Shown: one piece after another, positions 1 to 8,107 of the stretch
How positions within the stretch are numbered: the stretch's first letter is position 1
How the letters are laid out: each line of letters opens with the position of its first letter
DNA from: a virus
Lineage: Duplodnaviria > Caudoviricetes
Strand: one strand, 5' to 3'
Length of the DNA stretch: 56,965 nt
Virus record (IMG/VR): IMGVR_UViG_3300009506_000101
Span: 1 to 56,965 of that record
The notes under the pieces: model-generated
The model's input: only the letters and a program-made list of their open reading frames with translations
Databases searched by the model: none
What the model was told of the DNA's origin: nothing
Program-made: the position numbers and the translations under genes

Positions 1-185
1 GACGCGCCCGAGCGCGAGACCGACGCATTGCTCGCCGTGTTCCGCTCCGGCGCCACTGAGGCCGAGGAGCGCTGGCTGAGGCATCAAATCGAGCGGGGCC
101 TGGCAGCTCGAGCCCTGAGGCTGGAGCGGCGGGCGGCGTGACTCCCTGGTCTTAACCGGCCGCGTGACCGTGCCGTCTCTCCATC

Positions 186-470
186 ATGACCGACCGCCAT
201 CCCCTCCAGCAGCTCGCCGCGCTGGCCGCCTACTCGCTGCCCGAGACCACCCGGGCCCACGACCCGCGGACCACGATTGCTGGGCGCCATTGCCCCGTGA
301 CGCCCGCCCCGGGCCTCGGTGTCGACTCGTATGCCTGCCTGCTGGGAGCCGAGCCCCTGGAGGCCCTCAGGGCCCCTGGCGCCATCATCCAGGTCGAGGT
401 CGAGACGCCCGCCGGCAGAGTCAGCGTGCCCAGGACGCCGGTGCCTGACGGAAAGACGATACCGGAATGA
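186..470 (+). CDS. hypothetical phage protein
   Basis: ATG start; stop overlaps next gene (ATGA at 467-470). Confidence 0.55.
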   Translation: MTDRHPLQQLAALAAYSLPETTRAHDPRTTIAGRHCPVTPAPGLGVDSYACLLGAEPLEALRAPGAIIQVEVETPAGRVSVPRTPVPDGKTIPE

Positions 471-1090
471 ACTGGGTGCTTTCCTCAAGCTCAGATCGAC
501 GAGCGCTCGATATTGTCGACGGTACGGGAAGGTTCGCTGGACATGGCCCGCACTACTCGAGGCGCACCCCTGGCAGTCGAACATTCACAGGCGTAGGGCA
601 GGAGATAGTTTTGGTCACGGATTGTGGTCGTGCGGTCTGGGCCTGCATCAGACAGAGGACACCGTCCAGAGCAGGCACGGGATGCTCTCGGGGTAGAATC
701 GGTGAATGCGACGACCGACCGCGGTACGTGTGGCGAAACTCGATGTTCCGAAACCTCGGGGCCGGGTTGTCTTCTAAGCTCATCCGTGAGGCAGTAGCAG
801 TCACCTACCGCGAATGGATCGCCAGGTATGGGGCGCTCCCGAGCGAGCGGCTGCGCACAGAGGTTGCGATTGGATCTATTCGGTCCAGCAACCCAGGATG
901 CTGCTACAAGCTGGCGGGCTGGATACAGGAAAGAGTCACTCGCGGGAAGCTGATCCTGCTGGCGCCGGAGGGGGCCACGGTCGATCGTCTCCGGGGCTAC
1001 GGTGCCGGAGCTCTAGCGTGCTACAATGGGCGGGCCCCGCGACGCAGCGACACGTCCGGGGCCCGAACCCACAGGAGGCAAGTCCCGTGA
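467..1090 (+). CDS. Mom-like/GNAT-fold DNA modification protein
   Basis: HYSRRTPGS..FRNLGAGLSSKLIREAV..SSNPGCCYKLAGW resembles the G..Y.A.GW signature of Mom-related GNAT proteins. Confidence 0.55.
   Translation: MNWVLSSSSDRRALDIVDGTGRFAGHGPHYSRRTPGSRTFTGVGQEIVLVTDCGRAVWACIRQRTPSRAGTGCSRGRIGECDDRPRYVWRNSMFRNLGAGLSSKLIREAVAVTYREWIARYGALPSERLRTEVAIGSIRSSNPGCCYKLAGWIQERVTRGKLILLAPEGATVDRLRGYGAGALACYNGRAPRRSDTSGARTHRRQVP
1018..1078 (+). promoter_or_regulatory. extended -10 (TGcTACAAT), bulged hairpin and RBS upstream of GIY-YIG gene
   Basis: GTGCTACAAT-GGGC-GGGCCCCG-C-GACG-CAGCGACA-CGTC-CGGGGCCC-GAA-CCCAC-AGGAGG. Confidence 0.6.
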
Positions 1091-1527
1091 GCAAACCGAG
1101 TTTCCCACAGTTCGTCCGGGTAGTCGATCCTTCGAAGCCAGATCGGAAGCTCTGGGATCCCAGCGTCTACGCTCTGATTGACCCGAGGACCGGATTGATC
1201 CGGTACGTCGGCATGTCAGTAAACCCTGCAGCGCGTTTTGCCGGTCACATGTCAACTCCGGTGATCTCGATCAGGGCCTGGATTCAGGAACTCCAGGCAC
1301 TCGGACTCACTCCGCGGATGGCAGTCCTAGAACGGGTGTCTGAGCCAAGATGGAACTATGCAGAGGGGGAATGGATCAGAACATGTAGGGAAAACGGGTG
1401 TGATCTGCTGAACCGTTCTCCCGGTGGTGTGGGTTGGAAGACCATTCGCCAGCTGGAGTTTGGCTCAGGCCCCATGCGAGCGGCCATCGGACGCTGGAGA
1501 GCCATGGGCTCTTCCTGGGGGAGCTGA
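1087..1527 (+). CDS. GIY-YIG endonuclease
   Basis: VYALIDPRTGLIRYVGMS..R...H, AEGEWI, LLN; GTG start at 1087 after AGGAGG. Confidence 0.85.
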   Translation: MSKPSFPQFVRVVDPSKPDRKLWDPSVYALIDPRTGLIRYVGMSVNPAARFAGHMSTPVISIRAWIQELQALGLTPRMAVLERVSEPRWNYAEGEWIRTCRENGCDLLNRSPGGVGWKTIRQLEFGSGPMRAAIGRWRAMGSSWGS

Positions 1528-2133
1528 TGCACGAAGTCGCCGCCCTGTTCATCGACCCTCGAGGCCCGTACCCTGGTCTGCTCGGAGCTGACCACTGCTG
1601 GGATGAGACGCGGGACGCCAGGACGTACCCGGGTCCGTGGCCGGTCGTGGCTCACCCGCCATGCGCTCGCTGGTGCCGATTCGCCAAGTTCGTCGAGAGC
1701 CAGACCGACGGGCGCCTCGCCGTGGGTGACGACGGCGGTACGTTCGCTTCGGCGCTGGCCTCTGTCCGGAGGTGGGGCGGGGTATTGGAGCATCCAGCCT
1801 GGTCACTCGCCTGGGCCGCCAACGGTCTCATCGCCCCGCCGGCGCGCGGATGGCAGCGCGACATCGATGGCGGGTGGTGTTGCGAGGTGTCGCAGGCAAC
1901 CTATGGGCACCGCGCCAGGAAGCTTACGTGGCTGTACTACGTTGGGTCCGCGGCTCCGCCAGAGTTGGACTGGTCAAGGCCTGATCTCGGGGATGAGGAA
2001 CCGATGCAAGCGGCCGCTAACGGAGCGGCTCTGGAGCGCGAAGGATTGGAAGAACGCGAGCCGTCGAGAAACCTCGCGCAGTCCGGATGCCTTCGCCCGC
2101 CTGCTCATCGAGATCGCGAAGAAGGCGCGCTGA
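1527..2133 (+). CDS. small DNA cytosine methyltransferase-like protein (frameshift near 1980)
   Basis: VVAHPPC, VLEHP, QATYGHRARKLTWLY; plausible C-terminus SRSPDAFARLLIEIAKKAR lies in another frame (ORF 1603..2133). Confidence 0.7.
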
Positions 2134-2614
2134 GAGCCTGGAGCGCCATCCGCCACAGCCTGACGCGGGCATGGGCCCACGGCCTCGGGTCAGCCTCCGA
2201 GCGCTGCCGCTGGAAGCCGTGAGCGGGCCCGCCCTGGGTCATGCCGCGCCGCCACCCCCGGAGCACGAATCTGGCAGCCGAGAGCCTGCGGGCCGAGATG
2301 CTGGCGCTCTCGTCCCATGCGCCTCGAGCCCACCGGTGGACCTGCCACGCGCCCCAGGCGCGGCCGTTGTCGCACCTGGCCCCCTCTGGCCCCTCGTGGC
2401 AGCGGCCCTCCAGCACGTAGGCCGCCAGATGGGTCTCGTGGTAGGCCTGGGACGCCAGGAAGGCCAGCTCCCCCGGGACATCCGTGGCAGCGCACATGGC
2501 TTCGGCCACCGGCGTCAGCAACGCCGTCCGGGCTTCTGCGGACATGTCGCGGTCTTGGTACCAGGGGGCAAGGCTCAGCCAGAACCCCAGCACGGCTGCT
2601 ATGCATTCGGTCAT
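2105..2614 (-). CDS. lysozyme-like/transglycosylase-fold protein
   Basis: Hydrophobic N-terminus; LASQAYHET (catalytic E) and DNGRAWGAWQV (G.G..Q motif). Confidence 0.55.
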   Translation of the reverse strand: MTECIAAVLGFWLSLAPWYQDRDMSAEARTALLTPVAEAMCAATDVPGELAFLASQAYHETHLAAYVLEGRCHEGPEGARCDNGRAWGAWQVHRWARGAWDESASISARRLSAARFVLRGWRRGMTQGGPAHGFQRQRSEADPRPWAHARVRLWRMALQALSAPSSRSR

Positions 2615-2648
2615 GCGGCACAGGCTATCAGCCCAGGGCGCTGGACGC

Positions 2649-2681
2649 AAAAAAGGCCCCGCCGACCGAAGCCGACGGGGC
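2649..2681 (-). terminator. rho-independent terminator
   Basis: Minus strand GCCCCGTCGGC-TTCG-GTCGGCGGGGC-CTTTTTT. Confidence 0.9.
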
Positions 2682-2701
2682 GTAACAAATATATGAGGCA
2701 G

Positions 2702-2781
2702 AGTCGCGAAACGGGAGTCGAACCCGATGTCTCCAGGTTATGAGTTATGAGCCTGGCGAGGAACCGTTTCTCTCTCGCGAC
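2702..2781 (-). tRNA. tRNA-Met(CAT)-like gene with duplicated anticodon loop (possibly pseudo)
   Basis: Acceptor GTCGCGA/TCGCGAC, anticodon arm CCAGG-CTCATAA-CTCATAA-CCTGG, T arm CGGG-TTCGACT-CCCG; followed by terminator. Confidence 0.75.
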
Positions 2782-2790
2782 ACGATGAGT

Positions 2791-3480
2791 CTACTTCTGG
2801 CCCGGCGCCTCGGAAAGTCCACGGCGGACCGCTGACACGAGGTCTGGATTTGCTGTCGGGATCCGGTCGATCCTCTGGTGGAGCTCGGCCACGTCCCGGG
2901 CCCGGCGTGTCTCCTCTGCGTCGATGCGCTCTGAGAACCGTTCCAGCGGTGCCAGAAGCGCCTCGACCCGCTTGGTGGCGGCCTGTGTGACCCGCTCCTC
3001 GGACCTGGCCTCTGCGGCAGCAGCCCCCGTCGTGAGCCACGTCTGGAGCAGCAGCCCGACCGCTCCGATGGTCGCGACGCCGAGCGCGCTGGTGGCCCCG
3101 ACGATCAGCCGGTCCCTGGTCGAGCGCCGGTCATCCGTGCGCTCGTGCTGCTCGAGACCGGCGACTGCCGCCATCTTGGCCGATTGCCCGCGCGCCCTGG
3201 CCTCACGCTGGACCAGCTCCTCGACCTCCTCGGCAGAGTACGTCCGGGTCCGGGACTCGTCAGCGTGGCGCTGAGCGTCCTTCTCGGCGCTGTAGGTCAG
3301 CGGCCCGAGCTTCAGAGCCGGCGGGAGGCTCGGGGGGCGTGTCTGCCGAGGCTCCCCGCCCTTACGCTCCCCGTGGTCCAGGTAGGTCCCGGGGATAGGC
3401 GTCTTGTCGCGGTCGAGGTGGTATTTCGGTGGCGTCGGGCGTGGAACGCGCGGGACCGGGGGAGGCTTGCGGCCGTTCAC
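2791..3480 (-). CDS. membrane protein (one TM plus coiled coil), lysis-region associated
   Basis: TM LIVGATSALGVATIGAVGLLL then coiled coil; GTGA coupling with upstream gene. Confidence 0.6.
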   Translation of the reverse strand: MNGRKPPPVPRVPRPTPPKYHLDRDKTPIPGTYLDHGERKGGEPRQTRPPSLPPALKLGPLTYSAEKDAQRHADESRTRTYSAEEVEELVQREARARGQSAKMAAVAGLEQHERTDDRRSTRDRLIVGATSALGVATIGAVGLLLQTWLTTGAAAAEARSEERVTQAATKRVEALLAPLERFSERIDAEETRRARDVAELHQRIDRIPTANPDLVSAVRRGLSEAPGQK

Positions 3481-3938
3481 GGGTCGGGCTCCTCGGGTTC
3501 CGGGTCTGCCGGCTCCGGCGCCCGACTCGGCTTGAAGCTCGGGCACCGCTCACAGTGAGCGCGGAGCGAAGCAAGGTCGGCCTCGATGGCGGCCATTCGA
3601 CGGTCGGTGTCGGCGTCCCGCATGGCCCGCTCCAGCACCGGCTGTAGGTGTCGCGTCAGGGCCTGCACGCGTTCGGCGCTCCGTTCCTCGAAGTCGGCCA
3701 GCTCCTGGAGGAAGGCGCCGCGGATGTCGGTGAACCTTCTGTCTAGCGACTCCTCGACGGACGCCAGCAGTGCAAGGTTGCTCTGTCCCTCGGTGAAGCT
3801 TGGCCCAGGCGGGACCGTCTCGCGGCTCTCGGGCTGATCCTCGCAGCCATCGGGCGGACCCGCGGGCTCGGTCGACGGGGTGCGGCCTGACCGCGGTGGG
3901 GGGGCTTCCGACTCGGGATGTTTGGCGTCCATGGGCAT
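3477..3938 (-). CDS. hypothetical coiled-coil protein
   Basis: Pro-rich N-terminus, coiled coil, CxxC; coupled to next gene. Confidence 0.6.
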   Translation of the reverse strand: MPMDAKHPESEAPPPRSGRTPSTEPAGPPDGCEDQPESRETVPPGPSFTEGQSNLALLASVEESLDRRFTDIRGAFLQELADFEERSAERVQALTRHLQPVLERAMRDADTDRRMAAIEADLASLRAHCERCPSFKPSRAPEPADPEPEEPDP

Positions 3939-3986
3939 GAGCCTATTGCAACAGTGACAGGTTCGCCTCACCCCTGAGGCTAAATC

Positions 3987-4052
3987 GTGCTACAAAATGA
4001 AGCCCCCGCGGCGGCACTACTCGCCCGGGGGCCGGCCCACAACGGAAAGAGG
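3987..4052 (+). promoter_or_regulatory. extended -10 (TGcTACAAA), bulged hairpin and RBS upstream of HNH gene
   Basis: GTGCTACAAAATGAA-GCCCCCG-C-GGCG-GCACTACT-CGCC-CGGGGGC-CGG-CCCAC-AACGGAAAGAGG. Confidence 0.6.
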
Positions 4053-4058
4053 TTCATC

Positions 4059-4658
4059 ATGGGCGCCAAGAGTCTGCCATTGTCCGACCGCGAGGTCGAA
4101 CGTTTCTGGTCAAATGTCGACAAGGAGGGTCCGGTTCATCCGCACCATCCCGAACTAGGGAAGTGCTGGCTCTGGACCGGGCGTATCGACAGATATGCCG
4201 TATTCGCGTTGCGCGGCCGCGATACCAGGGCCCACAGAGTCTCATTCCTGATCGCGAATGGGCACTTCCCAACGCCCTGTGGATGCCACAGCTGCGACCG
4301 CAAGAACTGCGTGAACCCGGATCATATCTGGGAAGGCAGCAATGCCGACAATCACGCCGACATGATGATGAAGGGGAGGCATCGTCATCACGAGGTAATA
4401 GCTCCGCGAGGACCGGCCATGTTGCTTCGTGCCTGGAGAAAATACATTGGCATGCAGCAAGGCGAGCTTGCGGGGTTCCTATCTGTGCATAGGACAGCCG
4501 TCTCTCACTACGAGCGCGGAACTGGTCGTCCGGAGCTGCGCGTCGCTCAGATGATTGAGGGACTCACAGCAATCCCAGCAGGCATGTGGAACGAGTATTA
4601 CGCACCTAACTCACACTACCGTTCCAAACGGTCGTCCCCTCGAACGACTGGCTTGTGA
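4059..4658 (+). CDS. HNH (His-Me finger) homing endonuclease fused to XRE HTH
   Basis: RFWSNVDK..CWLWTG..AHRVSF..HSCDRKNCVNPDH..N; C-terminal GMQQGELA..V.RTAVSHYERG..P. Confidence 0.9.
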   Translation: MGAKSLPLSDREVERFWSNVDKEGPVHPHHPELGKCWLWTGRIDRYAVFALRGRDTRAHRVSFLIANGHFPTPCGCHSCDRKNCVNPDHIWEGSNADNHADMMMKGRHRHHEVIAPRGPAMLLRAWRKYIGMQQGELAGFLSVHRTAVSHYERGTGRPELRVAQMIEGLTAIPAGMWNEYYAPNSHYRSKRSSPRTTGL

Positions 4659-4863
4659 CTTCGGTCGTCGCTCCGGTGCAGATGATGTCCCACGGCAACG
4701 GCCGAGGCTGCCACCAGTGATCGGGGTACGTTGGGACCGTATACGGTTGCGGAACCACGACTGGACGCACCGCCAGCGCGGACTCGAGCGCCTTGACACG
4801 CTCCCGAAGCTCGGAATTCTCGTCCAGCAGTCGTTGCAGCAGCTTGCATTCTTCCTTCGTCAT
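4606..4863 (-). CDS. hypothetical protein
   Basis: ATG start, coiled-coil N-terminus. Confidence 0.55.
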   Translation of the reverse strand: MTKEECKLLQRLLDENSELRERVKALESALAVRPVVVPQPYTVPTYPDHWWQPRPLPWDIICTGATTEVTSQSFEGTTVWNGSVS

Positions 4864-4868
4864 AGTCT

Positions 4869-5060
4869 CTACCTCATGGCCGGGTCGACATTCCGGAGCG
4901 GCCCAAACCGCTCAAGTTCGGCCTGCAGCTCCTGAACCTTGATCAGCAGCTCGGCGCTCCGACGCTCGGCCTCGGTAGCGCGCTTGGCCAAGACAGCCAT
5001 CTGGACCTCGAGCGATTCGCATCGGGCGCAAGGGATCGGGGCGGGCCAGCTATCGGGCAT
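4869..5060 (-). CDS. hypothetical CxxC coiled-coil protein
   Basis: PCARC then coiled coil. Confidence 0.5.
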   Translation of the reverse strand: MPDSWPAPIPCARCESLEVQMAVLAKRATEAERRSAELLIKVQELQAELERFGPLRNVDPAMR

Positions 5061-5228
5061 CGCGCTCCGACTCCTGCTCGTCGTGCGATACCCGGCACTC
5101 GTCTCCGTCGAATGGCTGCTGCGGTAGCGGCTGGTGCTCCTGGGGATAGACGTCGGTCACCTGCTGACACGGCAGCGTCGTCGGGACCTGAGTCGTGGCC
5201 GCGAACGTCTTGCTGGTGCCGTCCCAGG

Positions 5229-6002
5229 TCATGAGTCGTCACCGGTCACGGCGCGGTCACGCTCGGCCCTCATGGCCTCCCAGTCGTCGTCATCGAGTCC
5301 CAGCCACGGGATCTCAGGAGGCCGCACCGTGTCCGGTACCGGCTCGTCTGGCGCTACGATGCGCGGGAGCTCGGCCGCCACGCAGCAATCATGGTCGATG
5401 GCCTTCGGCGCCGCGTGCTGGCCGGTATGCAGCCCGCCTCTCGCCCACGGCCCGACCCGGTACTGCCACAGCACCGGCGGCACGCCACCGGGGGACGCGG
5501 GGGGCCCGGGAGTTGAGCGCCAATGCGCCACCCACAGCGGAAGCTCGAGCATCCAGTCTGGCTTCCCGAGGAGCGCCCAGTCCCGCTGCGTGATGTAGAT
5601 TCCGCAACGGCCGCCGCACCCCGCCGCGATGCCGTCGATCAGCTCGTGCAGCTGGTCGCACCAGGCAGGCTTCGGCGGCATCGAGCCGTCTCCCTTCGGG
5701 CTCTCGACGTCGACCCACGGGATCAGGTCCCCGGTTCCGACACGACATTCCTGGACCGAGTCGAAGAACGCCCCGAGCTGCGCCACCGTGTCCTGCCCAT
5801 GGACGAAAAAGTGATAGAGCCCGATCGCGCATGCCGTTCGCTTCCGAATCGCCTCGACATGCTCGACCGTGCGCTTGTCCCGCTTTGACCCGAACGTGGC
5901 CCTGACGATCGCGAAGTCGATCATCTGGGGGACGAGCCACGTCGGCTGGAAAACAGAGATGTCCACGCCGTGCAGCGGGTACTGGCTGGCCGTGATGGTC
6001 AC
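5229..6002 (-). CDS. endolysin, glycoside hydrolase family 25 lysozyme
   Basis: GVDISVFQ, FAIVRATFG, GLYHFF, WVDVE (DxE), GIY, LWVAHW, LWQY. Confidence 0.92.
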   Translation of the reverse strand: MTITASQYPLHGVDISVFQPTWLVPQMIDFAIVRATFGSKRDKRTVEHVEAIRKRTACAIGLYHFFVHGQDTVAQLGAFFDSVQECRVGTGDLIPWVDVESPKGDGSMPPKPAWCDQLHELIDGIAAGCGGRCGIYITQRDWALLGKPDWMLELPLWVAHWRSTPGPPASPGGVPPVLWQYRVGPWARGGLHTGQHAAPKAIDHDCCVAAELPRIVAPDEPVPDTVRPPEIPWLGLDDDDWEAMRAERDRAVTGDDS

Positions 6003-6748
6003 TCAGTGATCCTCTGGACCTGCTGGAGCGTCGCGTCGAGGTCGAGGCCGATCACGCTTCTGCCTTCTGCGAAGGCGTCATCGGAGATTAGGCAGTAGCA
6101 CTCGTCCACCTCGGCGTCCCACCATGCCCACGTGACGGCCTGCGGAACGTCCCAACCGATCGGACGCAGGATGTTCCCGTCGACGTAGCCGATCGCCATC
6201 GCGTGCCCGCCCTCGACCCGCTCCGAAGGCTTCGGCGCGTCCCAGACCTCGGATCCCCAGATCCCGGAATGCAGGGTTGCCCCGATGTAGAGACCACCGC
6301 ACACGACGGCTGCCGCCCTGACCATCGCGTGGTCGTGCGGGTCGATCTTCGCGTAGGCGAGGATTGGGTGTCTCCGTCCGTCTGGGCAGAGCAACCCGAC
6401 CCGGCGAGCCCAGTTGAGAGCGTCGAGGCAATACGCTCCGACGTCTCTGTCTGGGTAGTCGCTGATCGCCGCGTATCCTTCGAGGATGGCCTCGTCGGAC
6501 GGAGTCAGGATCATCCCGCTCGCGTTTACGGTCCACTGCTGCAACAGATGCCCCATGCCGGCTACCGTGCAACAGCCCACGCGATCATTGGCCATCATCC
6601 CCCAGTGCTCGGGACCGTGTAGGTGCCAGTCCTGCCGGTTCGGGACCATCACGTCCTGAACCGAGATGACGCTCCGGGCCTGGATTGTCCGAAGGTCGTG
6701 CTTCGCGGGAAGCTTGCCGCCAACGTGAACCGCGCTTCTGTTGATCAT
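5999..6748 (-). CDS. papain-like (C1A-related) cysteine peptidase
   Basis: NDRVGCCTVAG (catalytic Cys), GGHAMAIGY (catalytic His), GW..Q..TW. Confidence 0.8.
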   Translation of the reverse strand: MINRSAVHVGGKLPAKHDLRTIQARSVISVQDVMVPNRQDWHLHGPEHWGMMANDRVGCCTVAGMGHLLQQWTVNASGMILTPSDEAILEGYAAISDYPDRDVGAYCLDALNWARRVGLLCPDGRRHPILAYAKIDPHDHAMVRAAAVVCGGLYIGATLHSGIWGSEVWDAPKPSERVEGGHAMAIGYVDGNILRPIGWDVPQAVTWAWWDAEVDECYCLISDDAFAEGRSVIGLDLDATLQQVQRITE

Positions 6749-7155
6749 AGCGAGTCCTCACATACGATGCCGCCGCATCGGCGGACAGCATCTTTGGTTC
6801 CTGCGAGCAGTAGGCAGTCGGTGTCGAGATCGAACCGGTCGTCCGCGAGGTAGAACTCGACCTGCTCGACGCAGGAGACGCGCGAGCCCTCTGGGCAGCC
6901 GATGTCGACCAGATGCTGGCAGACCAGCTCGGCCTCGCTGGCCGCTCCCCCCGTCCCCCCGGTGGGCAGCGGCTCCCAGCCGCCGGTGCCGGTTCCGCCT
7001 GTAGACGTGGACCCGCCTGTGACAGGTGGCGTCGGCCAGTACCCGCCTGCGCCGCCGGTACCAGGGTTGACCGGGTCAGGATTGCAGCCAGCGCACGCTG
7101 GGCACAGCTGGCAGGACGAGACCAGCAGCACTGGCAAGAGCCATGCGCGCATCAT
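6745..7155 (-). CDS. lipoprotein with Gly/Thr linker and Cys-rich C-terminal domain
   Basis: MMRAWLLPVLLVSSC lipobox; GTGGAGG..TGGTGTGG linker typical of myxobacterial secreted proteins. Confidence 0.75.
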   Translation of the reverse strand: MMRAWLLPVLLVSSCQLCPACAGCNPDPVNPGTGGAGGYWPTPPVTGGSTSTGGTGTGGWEPLPTGGTGGAASEAELVCQHLVDIGCPEGSRVSCVEQVEFYLADDRFDLDTDCLLLAGTKDAVRRCGGIVCEDSL

Positions 7156-7340
7156 GACCCACCCGCCGCGCTCGCTCGTGCCTTTTTGAGCCAGCACGGG
7201 ACGTGCCCTTCGCGCAGTTTCTCGAGCCACGCCCGTGAGACTGAGCCGAGTCCGTCTGAATCGACTACCAACTCATCGCAGGCGCGCGCGACCACGCATT
7301 CGAATTCGGTCAATTCGTGCGTACCGACCATGCCACTCAC
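7152..7340 (-). CDS. hypothetical protein
   Basis: ATGA-coupled on both sides. Confidence 0.5.
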   Translation of the reverse strand: MSGMVGTHELTEFECVVARACDELVVDSDGLGSVSRAWLEKLREGHVPCWLKKARASAAGGS

Positions 7341-8107
7341 AGCTCACCTCCGTACGACCGCAGCGCCGACCATGCGCACTCGCGTGCCCAGCTGTCGCGG
7401 GCACCGTCGGCAATGTACTCCGTCACGATGGCGCCGGCAGCGCTCACGCCCGCCCCGATGGCCAACCCTACCTGCGCGTCCTTGCTTTCGACAGGCCAGG
7501 TTGCGACACCGCTCGCGCCACCCAGGAACGCCAGACCCTTCGAGGCACCGCCCAGCCATCGCTGCTCGTTGTCGAGCTGCTGGCAACGCTCTGACGGCGC
7601 TGGAGCGGCAGCACGCATCTGCGGATCGAGCCCGGCCAGCTTCGCCTCCTCGAGGGAGCCAGCGCAGCCGACGGCAAACAGAGCCAGGAGTACGATCGCA
7701 GCCGTCCCGGTCTTCCGCATAGCCTCCAGGATCTTGTCGGTCTCGGGCCGCGCCAGTCGTTCGAGCTGCTTGCGCTTCGCGCGCCCAGGACTCAGATGCT
7801 TGACGGCCGTGACGATTCCCAATGCCTCGAGCACGGCCTGGCCTGCAGCCTGCCACTCGGCTAGCGTCAGGACTTGGTCCGCGAGTCCAGCAGACAGCAC
7901 GGCACCGCCGGCGAGCGCGGAAGTCACGAGTAGCTGTCCGACTGTACCGACCAGCCCATACCTGCTCCAGGTCGTGATGTCCGTCCACTCCGGCAGCACG
8001 CCCCAGAGCGTGGCGCCGTCTGACCGCGAGAGCATCCGCAGGCAAAACAGCAGCACGACCACGGTGGCGGCCGCTACGGTTGGGTGAGCGTTGATGATGT
8101 CGATCAT
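7337..8107 (-). CDS. holin-like multi-TM protein with internal lipoprotein-like C-terminal half
   Basis: N-terminal hydrophobic helices; internal MRKTGTAAIVLLALFAVGC followed by two hydrophobic segments. Confidence 0.6.
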   Translation of the reverse strand: MIDIINAHPTVAAATVVVLLFCLRMLSRSDGATLWGVLPEWTDITTWSRYGLVGTVGQLLVTSALAGGAVLSAGLADQVLTLAEWQAAGQAVLEALGIVTAVKHLSPGRAKRKQLERLARPETDKILEAMRKTGTAAIVLLALFAVGCAGSLEEAKLAGLDPQMRAAAPAPSERCQQLDNEQRWLGGASKGLAFLGGASGVATWPVESKDAQVGLAIGAGVSAAGAIVTEYIADGARDSWARECAWSALRSYGGEL

